The position numbers and the translations under genes were made by a program. A model generated the notes under the pieces. The model was not told the origin of the DNA. It worked only from the letters and a program-made list of their open reading frames with translations, and made no database searches. A stretch of 64,000 bases of DNA from Squalus acanthias (Eukaryota), in the NCBI GenBank assembly GCA_030390025.1, contig CM059432.1, forward strand, positions 80,912,001 through 80,976,000, in the 5' to 3' direction. Positions 36,927 to 48,391 of the stretch are shown in pieces. The first letter of the stretch is position 1, and each line of letters starts with the position of its first letter.

Positions 36927-38469
36927 AATCGTAGAATGGTTACAGCACAGAAGGAGGCCATTCGGCCCGTCGAGCCCGTGCCGGCTCTCTGCAAGAGCAC
37001 TTCAGCTAGTCCCACTCCCCCGCCCTTTCCCCGTAGCCCTGCAAATTTTTTTTCTTCAGGTACTTATCCAATTCCCTTTTGAAAGCCACGATTGAATCTG
37101 CCTCCACCACCCTTTCAGGCAATGCATTCCAGATCCTAACAACTCGCTGCGTAAAAAAGTTTTTCCTCATGTTGTCTTTGGTTCTTCTGCCAAACACCTT
37201 AAATCTGTGTCCTCTGGTTCTTGACCCTTCCACCAATGGGAACAGTTTCTCTCTATCTACTCTGTCTCGATCCCTCATGATTTTGAACACCTCTCATCAA
37301 ATCTCCTCTCAATCTTCTCTGCTCTAAGAAAGAAAGAAAGACTTGCATTTATTTAGCGCCTTTCACGACCATCGGACGCCTCAAAGCGCATTACAGCCAC
37401 TGAAGTACTTTTGAAGTGGAGTCACTGTTGTAATGTAGGAAACGTCGCAGCCAATTTGCGCACAGCAAGCTCCCACAAACAGCAATTTGAAAATGCTAAG
37501 GAGAACAACTCCAGCTTCTCCAGTCTATCCACGTAACTGAAGTTCCTCATTCCTGGAACCATTCTTGTAAATCTTTTCTGCACCCTCTTCTAATCCTTCC
37601 TAAATTGTGGTGTCCAGAATTGGACACAATACTCCAGTTGAGGCCAAACCAGTGTTTTATAAAGGTTCATCATAACTTCCTTGCTTTTGTACTCTGAGCC
37701 TCTATTTATGAAACCCAGTATCCCGTATGCTTTTTTATCCACTTTCTCAACCTGTCCTGCCACCTTTAACTATTTGTGCACACATACCCCCAAGTCTCTG
37801 TTCGTGCACCCACTTTAGAATTGACCCCTTTAGTTTATGTTGCCTCTCCTCGTTATTCCTACCAAAATGTATCACTTCGCACTTTTCTGCATTAAATTTC
37901 ATTTGCCACATGTCCGCCCATTCTACCAGCCTGTCTATGTCCTCTTGAAGTCTATCACTATCCTCCTCACTGTTCACTATCCTTCCAAGTTTTGTGTCAT
38001 CTGCAAATTTTGAAATTGTGCCCTGTACGCCCAAGTCCAAGTCATTAATATATATCAAGAAAAGCAGTGGTCTTAGTACCGACATCTGGGGAACCCCACT
38101 GTGTACCTTCCTCTAGTCCGAAAAACAACCGTTCACCACTACTCTGTTTCCTGTCACTTAACCAATTTTGTATCCATGCTGCCACTGTCCCCTTTATTCC
38201 ATGGGCTTCAACTTTGATGGCATGTCTATTATGTGGCACTTTATCAAACGCCTTTTGGAAGTCCATGTACACCACGTCAACTGCATTGCCCTCATCAACC
38301 CCTCTCTCTTACCTCATCAAAAAACTAGATCAAGTTAGTTAAACACGATTTGCCTTTAACAAATCCATGCTGGCTTTCCTTAATTAATCCACACTTGTCC
38401 AAGTGACTGTTAACTTTGTCCCAGATTATCGTTTCTAAAAGCTTCCCCACTACTGAGATTAAACTGACA
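36927..38469 (-). mobile_element. 5'-truncated CR1 LINE
   Basis: VYMDFQKAFDKVPH, KFADDTK, NFFTQRVVRIWN; 3' tail hairpin. Confidence 0.9.
37330..37493 (-). mobile_element. 3' tail of a DeuSINE/L2-tailed SINE inserted in a CR1
   Basis: (AAGA)n then CTTGCATTTATTTAGCGCCTTTCACGACC..GAAGTACTTTTGAAGTG..GCAAGCTCCCACAAAC. Flanked by TGCTCTAAG/TGCTAAG. Confidence 0.7.
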
Positions 38470-39879
38470 TTATGGTGCTCCCATAGTGGTATTGGGTAGG
38501 AATTTCCAGGTATCTGTTAACGACTATGTAATTCGTGCTCAAGTATTCATTATCCCCTATTTAATTAACTTCTAGGAGAATATATGCTCAGAATCATTTC
38601 ACGTACAGTAAAGTATTTTTTGTTGCACATGCAAAATATTTAGGGTAGACATATGAATCCCAGTAAAACTCTACTGCATTAGAAAATTTGGAGCTGATGT
38701 TTTAACTAATAAATTTGAGCCTGTGTTTAACACTGATGATACCCAGCAATCTAAACATTGAAAGCCCCCAAAATAGCATGTGGGCTGTGTTTCTCCTTGC
38801 TGTTTAAAGGAACTATGGTACAGCTCAGTGGAACTTGTTCAGTGACAATGACCTCCTTTCAAATCTGGGCACATGGGTTTTCAGTAGCAAAATTTGAATT
38901 GGGAGGAGTGAGGTAGATAATGGCCCGTCAGCATAGCAACTGTTAACCATTCAGGCCATGAAGGAAATACTGTAGTTTGTGAACAGTTTAATATCCAAGA
39001 AGCAGGGCAGGATCTTGATGGCCAAACAAGCAGTGCCTTTAGGTGAGGGACACACACACAAACTTCAGCATTACTTGGACAAAAAAGCCTCACTAGGAAT
39101 CCATAAAACCTGGTTTCAGTGAAAATAATCTAAAAGGCAAATAAAGGCACAAATAAAATATCAAATTAGGTATAAAAGAAAAAAACCCAAAAATAAACAC
39201 CAAAGTCTGAGAAAAAAAATTGATAAACTGTAACACAAACATATTCTGCTTCCAAAGGAGCGAGAAGACAGTAGAATTAGGCATTTCCTTTTATAACACA
39301 TTACATAATCATTTCAAAAAGTGCTTTTAGATACAGTATACTAGAATTCTATGCACTACAAGCTTCAGTGACATTTAAATGCTACACAGAGCTCACTCTT
39401 TGCATGACTAACTTTCTGCTAAATTGATCACTGTTGGCTTTATGGTAACAGGATTTAAGGATATACAGGATTACAGTGCTACTGAACCTCTGGCTCACTG
39501 CATTTTCCTGTAAGATTTGTAGCATATATTTTCAGGCATCAAACCTACCTCAGCAGTTTTGAAAGCTCAGACTGTGATGTAGGAATTGGACCTGAATGAT
39601 CTGTATATTTATGGAAGTATTCTTGCAGATTAGTATTTTCTCTCTTTTTTACTGCCTCTCTCCTGAAGGTACTGCTGTATGCCTTGGCCAATCTCTGCAA
39701 GTGTTGCAGTCATGCAGTGCTTCACCTGAATGGCCATTTTTCATTTGTGAACCTAGGTGCTGAGTGTCAGCAAATTAGTTGATCACATCGCATTTCCTGA
39801 CCAGTTGTCGCACAGTAAGCATCTGCGGATTGTCTGCACAAGATTTCAAGCAAGTGAAGATAGACCAACTTGAGCAGGA

Positions 39880-40045
39880 GCATGCATTTAAGGGGATGCT
39901 AGATAAGTACATGAGGGTAAAAAGAATAGAAGGTTATGCTGATCGGAATAGATGAAGAGGGATGGGAGGAGGCTCGTGTGGACCATAAACACCGGCATAG
40001 ACCAGTTGGGCTGAATGGCCTGTTTCTGTGCTGTAAATTTTATGC
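39880..40045 (+). mobile_element. CR1 3' end fragment
   Basis: GCATTTAAGGGGATGCTAGATAAGTACATGAGG..GTTGGGCTGAATGGCCTGTTTCTGTGCTGTAAA. Confidence 0.7.
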
Positions 40046-40374
40046 AATCACAACTGAGCTCCATCTTTTCCTCACCTGTGAAGATGATTTCTTCTAGTCA
40101 TATTGGACCTGAAATTTGGGGGTTCTTGCTGTGCTGGCACAATGTGGCATTGTGTAATCCCTGTCAGTTTAAGTACAAAGATACAGACCCTGTCCCAAAT
40201 TGATGGGTCAGCGTGGGCTGCCATCACCTGCAAGGGCATTTTGGCAGCACTTGCCTTGACCTGCCCTTGTCAGGTGGAGCAGCCCACAGCCACTCTGCCT
40301 GAGGTGCCCTGTGGCCCTTCTGGGCCAAAGAAAACAATGAGCAGCAACAGTCTTTAGTTCCAAAAGAAGCTATT

Positions 40375-41118
40375 GGGCCGAAAATTGATCCCGGGACGCG
40401 AGAGTACGCACTGCGTACTCTCGCGTATTCCCACTCCAATTGCCGGTTTTCTGCATGCCCTGCGCATGCGCTGAAAACCGGCAATTGCTCTTCTGAAAAG
40501 GGGGCGGGTCCTGGGTGCATCGCGTGCGCGCTACAGGCTGCGCGCACGCTGTGCACTTCATGCTTTGGACGCGCAGGTAAGTAGGGAAGATTTTGGAAAT
40601 GTAAAAAGGAGGAGTAAGACCCGCTTTTAAGAAGGTAAGTAGTGAATTAAGTATTTTTTTGAATTTTTTTTTACAGGTATATCTTTTTTAGAGACTTTAA
40701 AGACAGGTAAGTTTATTTTTATAACTTTTTAAAAGATTTTAAATTTTTTCAAAAATTTAATTTTTTATTTAAAATGGTTAATTTAATTAACTATACTTAT
40801 TTTATTAATGTGATGGTTTTTTTTTTAAATTTAATTGAGGTTTAGCTGTTATTTTGGGGGGGTGTAAGATTCATAGATTTCACAACAGGTCTGTGAAACT
40901 TATGAATGGAAGATGGTGTGCTGCCATTGGCTCTAACTGAGTCACGTGATCCCACAGCTCGCACGAATTCACTACGCCGGTGGGATACGCAAGCCCAGCA
41001 CAGCTGATGTCTGGAACATCAAGTTCGTGCGAGCTGGATCTGAAAAAGCACAAGCGAGGTGAGACATCGCGGGGAAGGCTTACCCCCGCGGGAACAGAGC
41101 GAGATCAATTTCTGGGCC
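40375..41118. mobile_element. Harbinger-type MITE, family A (diverged subfamily)
   Basis: TIRs GGGCCGAAAATTGATC / GATCAATTTCTGGGCC with flanks ATT/ATA. Core aligns with 9480-9800. Confidence 0.85.
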
Positions 41119-41884
41119 ATAGTGTTTCCAGACAGAACGTAATCGATCCCTGCTGAGATTGATTACCTTAGTCTGGGTAAAGTCTGGGACCCTCTTTCCC
41201 CTATGGATCTGACTGAAACTTCAGGCTTATTTTGTATTTACATCATAAATAAATGTATGTTTCCAGTTTCAAAGAGAATGTGTTTATGATTTCACTCGAA
41301 ATACCGACCAGAGTTTATAATGTCACTGTGGAGGTTGCTGGAGGAAATCATCCCCACTGATGTCCATACTCATGCGCTTTCTCATAGGGTCACTCTTGAG
41401 CAGAAACTCTGGCTGATTTTTGCCCTTCCTAGTCCAGATGCACTGAGGACAACGGTCGTGCCCCTAATGCTAACTGGCTGAGCTCGCCTGTTTCAGCATA
41501 GACTGGGCATCAGGAAAACATTCTTGATGTCTATGGCTCAGTGATAAACTGGATAGTGCATCTAAACACTAAGGGAGCTAAATTGGATAAGGCCTGAAAA
41601 CTGACACCGGGATCGCGATGTGCAATCTGCCTGTGCCCGCTGAAAGTAGTGCAGGCAGAATGCAAAATTTGTGCTGCCTGCTAATTAACATGATTGAAGC
41701 GCTGAGCCCAGTGCTAAACACGCTGCTGGTTGGCTCAGCGCCCATCAGGGGGCCCGATATCGTGTGGAGTCTGCTCTCTATTTACTTAAAGGTTGCCTGC
41801 AGACTAAAAGGCTGTTTGCACTTCTTAAAGGGGAGGTGCTCTGTGAGAGAAGTACCTCATTGTGACTGGAGCTGCAACTTAGCA

Positions 41885-43795
41885 ATCTCTCAACAGGGCA
41901 GAGAAAGGGCACTTTGGTTCTACGATGCAGCATTGCAGGCCTTGGTGCAGGGGGTCTATCGGAAGAGACAGGTCCTCTACCTACAGGGGGGTGTAGGAGG
42001 CCTTCCAGACACATTGTTCGAAGGCAGTAGGAGGAGATCGCTGAAGCCGTCATTACCACCAATCTGTCCCTGGGACATGGATCCAGTGCCGGAAGAAGTT
42101 TAATGTCCTCACATGAGTGGTCAAGGTGAGTGAATGCATCTTCAAATGCCATAACCCACCAACTGCACCACTAGCCTCACACACTGCTCAATGCACCACA
42201 CCCCCATCACTCACCTACCAACAATCTCTAGCAATCATCACTCACACCTCACATTCATAGCTTCATCTCAACCTCACACACTTAGTACTGCTGCAAGCCT
42301 CACGCCCTCATCTCACACCTTGCATACAATGCCAGCTATTCAATCATGACAGGTGCATCACCCAAACACATTGCACCACACTCACTGACACACTTCCCTT
42401 CCTCTAGCGGGCCAAGGTGGCTCACAACCGGCGCGAGCAGGAGCAAACAGGCGGAGGGCAAGCACAGCTGCAGAACCTGACCCAGCTGGAGGAGACAGTG
42501 CTGGAGATAATTGGAGGGCCGTCACTGAGGCCGTGGTGATCGGCGAGGCGGAAACCATTGATGATGACGGTATGCTCATACCTAATCCTTCTTCTCACAT
42601 CCCACTTCCCCCTCATCCCACAATCTCTTCTCACTTGCAAGCTGTTGATGCTGTAAGCATGCACATCTTGCTTTCCCCTCTCCCCTCACCACAACACGAC
42701 ACTTGTGCCTTTCAACTACCCAAGAACTTCCACCAGCCCAGCCTGTGCAGGAAGAAGTAGAGGAGAATGATGGAGAAGAAGAGTCACAGTCACTCGATCT
42801 GACACTCCCAGACACCAGCTCAGAAAATGGCACTGCGCGAACTTTAGAGGGTAGTATAGAGGCGGGATCTGCACATGGCGAGTCACGGGGTGCGAATGAG
42901 CTGCAGCCAGGCCAGGGGAAAGGTAGTGCAGGTGCCAGCTCCCCAGAGGGCAAGGTTGCACACGAGTTCTGCTGCACAAGACTCAGAAGAGGACTTTGAT
43001 GGGGTGGACTTCAGAAGAAGGGTGATGGGTATGTACATAGAAATGCTTGGTGCAATGGCAGGCCTGCCAGAGAGCCTCTTGTCAGTATCAAGGAGCAAGG
43101 AGGAGTCCGGCTCCAACGTTGCACGGAGCTTTGCGCAGAGCTTGGAGTCCATGATTTCCCGGATGGAAGGGATCGCCAACTCCATTAGAGCACTTGTGGA
43201 CCCAACCATGATGCTGGGTGTGATGGATGATGTTGCAGCTTCCATTGCAGCAGAAGCGGAAGCGACCCAACGTCTCTGCTGCAGTGGAAGCTCAGACTTC
43301 TGCCATGTAGGCTCAGCTTGCAGCCACGCAAGCTCAGACAGCTGCCATCGTGGCTGGGTTTACGACTGTGGAAAGGGGCTTGCAGGGTGTCACAGCAGTC
43401 CAACAATCTGTCTCCAACAGATTACTAGGATTGCTGAGGTGCCGCCCCGGGGGAATGGCAGTGGCTCCGTGGAGCACGAACCTGCTGTCCTCTCTTAGGA
43501 TGACAGCATTCGTACTTCCATCACTGCCACTCCGCCAGTGCCATTGTAGTTGCCTGTCAGCCAGCCCACCCAGACTGCTGCTGCCCATGCAGAGGTGGTG
43601 CAGTCTATAGCCGGGCCTTCTAGGCCCAGAGCTGCTCGATGTTGTCCTGCAAGGCCATCTGCAGTGTCCCCCATGGAACGTCTGCAGCCTTCCACCAGCC
43701 ATGCTGCAGCACTGGGGTACCACTGCGTAGGAGCACTAGAATAGGCAAAGGGACACGAAAGACAGACACTAAGGGAATGCACATGGGCGATTTGT
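41885..43795 (+). pseudogene. Harbinger Myb/SANT-like (trihelix, NAIF1/MSANTD-like) DNA-binding gene, three exons, disrupted
   Basis: Exon 1 ~41885-42125: RERALWFYDAALQALV..EEIAEAV..TWIQCRKKFN, donor AAG/GTGAGT. Exon 2 ~42411-42569: AKVAHNRREQEQTGGG..LTQLEETVLEIIG, donor GTATGC. Exon 3 from ~42716 is acidic then coiled. Stops, frameshifts and mutated acceptors. Confidence 0.82.
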
Positions 43796-44079
43796 TGACT
43801 TTTAATGTAATATTGGAATTAATCATTAATAAATTATATTTGGAATGTTTGTTTAGTGGTGGCTTTCATTTCAGCTTTGTGCCCAAGAGCACGCTGTGAC
43901 AGGGATGGTAAACAATGTCCCCTTTAATTTTTTGTGGGTTCGTTACCGCTTTAAGGAGCTGCGCAGCCCATTCAAAAATTCATGGGCGAGTTTTCCTATT
44001 TAAAAGCGGGTGAGCTGGCTGCGCGGGAGCAGCTTAAAGGAACATTGATGGTAAGGTAGGGAAGTGTTCAGCAACAGGG

Positions 44080-44434
44080 ATTAGCTATGTCGCCTGTTCC
44101 TGCCTGGAAGGATCTGCTGGCGAAAGAATTCAGGGCCACGGTCACCTTGAGAGCCACTGGCAGAGCCGTCGTCACCCTGCTCTGAGGCTGCAGGTCTGGT
44201 TTCAAGAGGTGGGAGTTCTGTGACCAGCTCCTAGATGAAGTGGAGCCTCTGAATACACTGTTCGTGGCTTAGGTGCAGGTAGGAGAAGTGCTCCCTGAAG
44301 ACCCGAGGTGGGTAAAGCCTCCTGCTGAGAGCCCTCCTCCTTCTCCTCCCTCTGCGAGCAGCTTGTCTTTGCTGCCTCTGCTCCATCTTCCTGCCATGCT
44401 ACAGCGCGAGGGGGTCTGCAAGTAGAGTCCCCAT
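44080..44434 (-). pseudogene. Harbinger (HARBI1-like) transposase N-terminus; DDE domain deleted
   Basis: Manual translation MGTLL..RRLYPPRVFREHFSYLHLSHEQCIQRLHF..LLKPDLQPQSRVTTALPVALKVTVALNSFASRSFQAGTGDIAN, with two stops and one frameshift. Confidence 0.85.
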
Positions 44435-44784
44435 GACTGAGCAAGTGGTTTAGTCAGAGGCCTTCCAGTTGCAGCCAACACCTTCCCAAAATCCAGCAGC
44501 ACCCCCTGCACACTTTACCAACTTTATAAATGTCTTCCAGCAACCCAGTATTGTTATAAACTCTGCAAGAGCCAGTACAACAGAAATAATAACTTAGCTG
44601 CAAGTTGGATGGTTCCCTTTCAATAGTGCTGGTGGGGGATCTCACGTGCAGCTGAACGCACGTTCAACTGTGTGTATTTAGGAGAGGGCTTTGTTTGGAA
44701 CAGCGACTTCCAAAATGGCAAAAAAAAACAGAAAATTCTGGAAATACACAGCAGGTCAGGCAGCATCTGTGGAGCGAGAAACAG

Positions 44785-44821
44785 AGTTAACGTTTCAGGT
44801 TGATGACCTTCGTCAAAACTG
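44785..44821 (-). ncRNA. Degenerate hammerhead motif
   Basis: Reverse complement CAGTT-TTGACGA-AGGTC-ATC-AACCT-GAAACGTT-AACT. C3 changed to U and one stem II mismatch. Confidence 0.55.
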
Positions 44822-44967
44822 GAAAAAGTTAGAGATATAACAGATTTTAAGCAAGTGCAGGGAAAGGGGGGGAGGGGAGGAAAGAACAGAAGGGAAGGTC
44901 TGTGATAGGGTGGAAGGCAGGAGTGAATAAATGACAAAAGGTATGATTGTACAAAGCAAAAGGAGAT

Positions 44968-46191
44968 ACATAAGAACATAAGACGTAGGAGCAGGAGTAG
45001 GTAATTTGGCCCCTCGAGCCTGCTCCACCATTCAATCAGATCATGGCTGATCTGATCTTGGCCTCAACTCCACGTTCCTGCCCGCTCCCCATAACCCTTG
45101 ACTCCCTTATCGTTCAAAAATCTGACTATCTCCACCTTAAATATATTCAATGACCCAGCCTCCACAGCTCTCTGGGGAAGTGAATTCCAAAGATTCACGA
45201 CCCTCTGAGAGAAGAAATTTCTCCTCATTTCTGATTTAAAAGGGTGCCCCCTTATTCTGAAATTATGCCCCCTAGTTCTAGATTCCCCCACGAGGGGAAA
45301 CATCCTCTCTGCATCTACCCTGTCAAGCCCCTTCAGAATCTTATGTGTTTCAATAAGATCCCCTCTCATTCTTCTAAACTCCAATGAGTATAGGCTCAAC
45401 CTTTCTTCCTAAGATAACCCCTTCATCTCCGGAATCAACCTCGTGAACCTTCTCTGAACTGCCTCCAATGCAAGTGTATCCTTCCTTAAATAAGGAGACC
45501 AAAGCTGTACGCAGTACTCCAGGCGTGGTCTCACCAACGCCCTGTACAGTTGTAACAGGACTTCCCTACTTTTATACTCCATTCCCTTTGCAATAAAGGC
45601 CAACACTCCATTTGCTTTCCTAATTACTTGCTGTACCTGCATGCTAACTTTTTGTGATTCAGGTACAAAGACCCCCAGATCCCTCTGTACCTCAGCATTT
45701 TGTAATCTCTCTCCATTTAAATAATAATTAGTTTTTTTATTCTTCCTACCAAAGTGGATAACCTCGCATTTTCCCACATTAAACTCCATCTGCCAGATTT
45801 TTGCCCACTCACTTAGCCTATCTATATCCCTTTGGAGATTCTTTGCGTCCTCCACACAATTTGCTTTCCCACCTATCTTTGTATCATCAGCAAATTTGGC
45901 TACATTACACTCAGTCCCTTCATCCAAGTCATTAATATAGATTGTAAATAGTTGAGGCCCCAGCACTGATCCCTGCTGCACCCCACTAGTTACAGTTTGC
46001 CAACCTGAAAATGATACATTTATCTGGACTCTCTGCTTTCTGTCAGTTAGGCAATCCTCTATCCATGCTAATATATTACCCCCAACCCCGTGAGTTCTTA
46101 TCTTATGTAGTAACCTTTTATGTGGCACCTTATCGAATGCCTTCTGGAAATCCAAATACATGACATCTACTGGTTCCCCTTTATCCACCCT
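44968..46191 (-). mobile_element. 5'-truncated CR1 LINE inside the single-arm Penelope
   Basis: RT open 45409-46190 (YLDFQKAFDKVPH, KFADDTK); CTTATGTT-type tail; GAT duplicated at both ends. Confidence 0.92.
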
Positions 46192-47436
46192 GATGGTAAT
46201 GGGACAAGTAAAGAAACAAAAGATGAGTCTAGAAGAGGTGTAAATGGGAATGGCAGAATCATCAATAGCTGCCATGTGAAAAAATAGGGGCAGAGGTTAT
46301 ATTCTGAAATTGTTGAACTCGATGTTGAGTCCAGAAGGCTGTAAAGTGCCTAATCGAAAGATGAGGTGCTTTTCCGCGAGCTTATGTTGAGCTTCGTTGG
46401 AACAGTGTAAGAGGCCGGGGACAGAGAGGTCAGAGTGGGAGTGGAGTGGAGAATTTAAGTGACAGGCGACCGGAAGCTCGGGGTCACGCTTGCGGACTGA
46501 ACGGAAGTGTTCCGCAAACGGTTACCCAATCTGCGTTTGGTCTCCCAATGTAGAGGAGACCGCATTGTGAGCAGTGAATCCAGTATACTAAATTGCAAGA
46601 AGTACAAGTAAATCGCTGTTTCACCTGGAAGGAGTGTTTGGGGCCCTGAACGGTGGGAAGGGAGGAGGTAAAAGAGCAGGTGTTGCATCTCCTGTGCTTG
46701 CACAGGAAGGTGCCGTGGGAAGGGGAGGGGGTGTTGGGGGTGATTGAGGATTGGACCAGGGTGTCGCAGAGGAAGCAGTCCCTTCAGAATGCTGAAAGGG
46801 GAGGGGTGGGGAAGATGTGTTTAGTGGTGGGATCATGCTGGAGGTGGAGGAAATGGCGAAGGATGATCCGTTGAATGTGGAGGCTGGTGGGGTGAAAGGT
46901 GAGGGCAAGGAGAAGGGGTGAGGGCAGAAGTGCGGGGAATGGACACGGTCGAGGGCCATGTCAACCATGGTAGAGGGGAATCCTTGTTTGAGGAAAAAGG
47001 AGGACATATCGGAAGCAATAGTATGGAAGGTAGCATCATCAGAGCAGATGCGACGGAGGCGGAGAAACTGGGAGAATAGAATAGAGTCCTTACAGGAAGC
47101 GGGGTGGGAGGAAGTTTAGTCCAGGTAGTTGTGGGAGTCAGTGGGCTTATAGTGGAAAGTCCAAAATGGCAAGTTGTGTGTCAAATCAGTGTTGCACGCT
47201 GACTGATATCACAATGTGCCTACTCTGCATATTGCCGATGCACTGATGTCCCTCCCGCGCTATCGCCCTCATCAAGTTGGTGACCAGCGCGGACCACGCC
47301 GGAAGTGAGACAGCCGCTATTTTTATCCAAAACCGGCCATAACTGCTGGTGCTAAGGTGCCGAATTTTGCGGCCTAAGCCTTTGGAGTAGTTCATGTATC
47401 TTTGCCTATACAGTCATAAAATATGATCAAAATATT

Positions 47437-48160
47437 GGGCCAACATTTGTTGCCAAAATAACGGCAAGGCTCATGGTGTTCATCGTTATTTTTGGATAAA
47501 TGATGCAGCAACTTCAGGCGAGGAGCAGATGCACGGCTAAATGTGAATGTCCAAAAGTTGCTGTCCAGGTTGCGCCGCTCCGCCCGTTTACTTCGCAAAA
47601 ACAACATCTCACATTTAGCCTCTCCGTTGTTTTTAGGAACTTGCTGTATTTGCTCATTAATTGCCCATTAAACTCGCCACAAATTTAAGTACACTTTTAA
47701 CGATGTGATGAATGTTAATGACTGCCAATCAACCTCTCTGGCAACAAAAATTAACGACTACAAGTATGGAGTCTCATTCCTTCAGGTTTTGAATTTTTTG
47801 TAGATTTTAAAAATGCCAATTTTTTTAATTTTATGCTATTTTTCTTTTCCTTTCTGTCTTTTTTTTCTCTCTCTCTCTCAATCCAATCGTTCTTTCTCAT
47901 TCTGTACCTGATTTGACATTGAATTCACCTCCTTTTCAATTCACCCTCCTTGTCAGTCTTTTCTGTGTTTATTTCCCAATCCTTAAACCTCATTGGTTAA
48001 GGAGATACCCTGTTGGTTGCCCTGTTTCCCTTGCTGCGCCGTTATCAGCTCGTACTTTCAGCGACTTTGTTGGCACATATTTTTTAACTGAAAGGGTACA
48101 GGGTCAAGTCTAACTAACGGCAGATGGTGTTCAATCCCCTGCTGCAGGAAGTTCTGGCCC
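47437..48160. mobile_element. Old Harbinger-type MITE
   Basis: Termini GGGCCAACATTT / AAGTTCTGGCCC with flanks ATT/AAT. Confidence 0.6.
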
Positions 48161-48391
48161 AATTAAATTTCTGCAATAATAGTAAAGAAACAATATTAAG
48201 AATATCCTGAGCCCTTAATCAAAACTGATATTTGAGAATGCATTTGAAATCATTGCATTATTTTAGCTTCTTGTGAACATGACGCAGATGCTAAAATTGA
48301 GTCTATTAATATTTTTAAAGTTTCAATCAAATACCTTGGTGTTGTTGTGTTGTTGGATGCTCGGTTTACATGGAGCAATTGAGGGTGCATT

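Larger units (their letters stand above)
36822..38525 (-). mobile_element. Old 3' fragment of the Zenon-like LINE (36822-36926 and 38470-38525) split by a CR1
   Basis: CATTTATTGCCCATCC..GGTGGTG..CCTTCTT and GGTGCTCCCATAGTGGTATTGGGTAGGAATTTCCAGG match 3255-3375. Confidence 0.55.
44722..47159 (-). mobile_element. Single-arm, 5'-truncated Penelope-like element inside the Harbinger
   Basis: RT C-terminus, GIY-YIG and 3' end. 13-bp TSD TCCAAAATGGCAA at 44709-44721 and 47160-47172. Confidence 0.9.
41591..47374. mobile_element. Internally deleted PIF/Harbinger DNA transposon hosting Penelope and CR1 insertions
   Basis: TIRs GGCCTGAAAACTGACACC / GGTGCCGAATTTTGCGGCC; TSD TAA at 41588-90 and 47375-77; convergent Myb-like and transposase remnants. 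Confidence 0.88.

Noticed and set aside
41380..41580. Possible ancient tRNA-SINE relics here and at 39640-39830 and 7830-7970
   Set aside because: Too degenerate to assign a family or boundaries without an HMM search.
48273..48391. Hydrophobic N-terminus of the 489-aa ORF as a signal peptide fused to RT
   Set aside because: It is AT-rich flank read in frame with a 5'-truncated CR1 and starts at a GTG. There is no evidence of expression.
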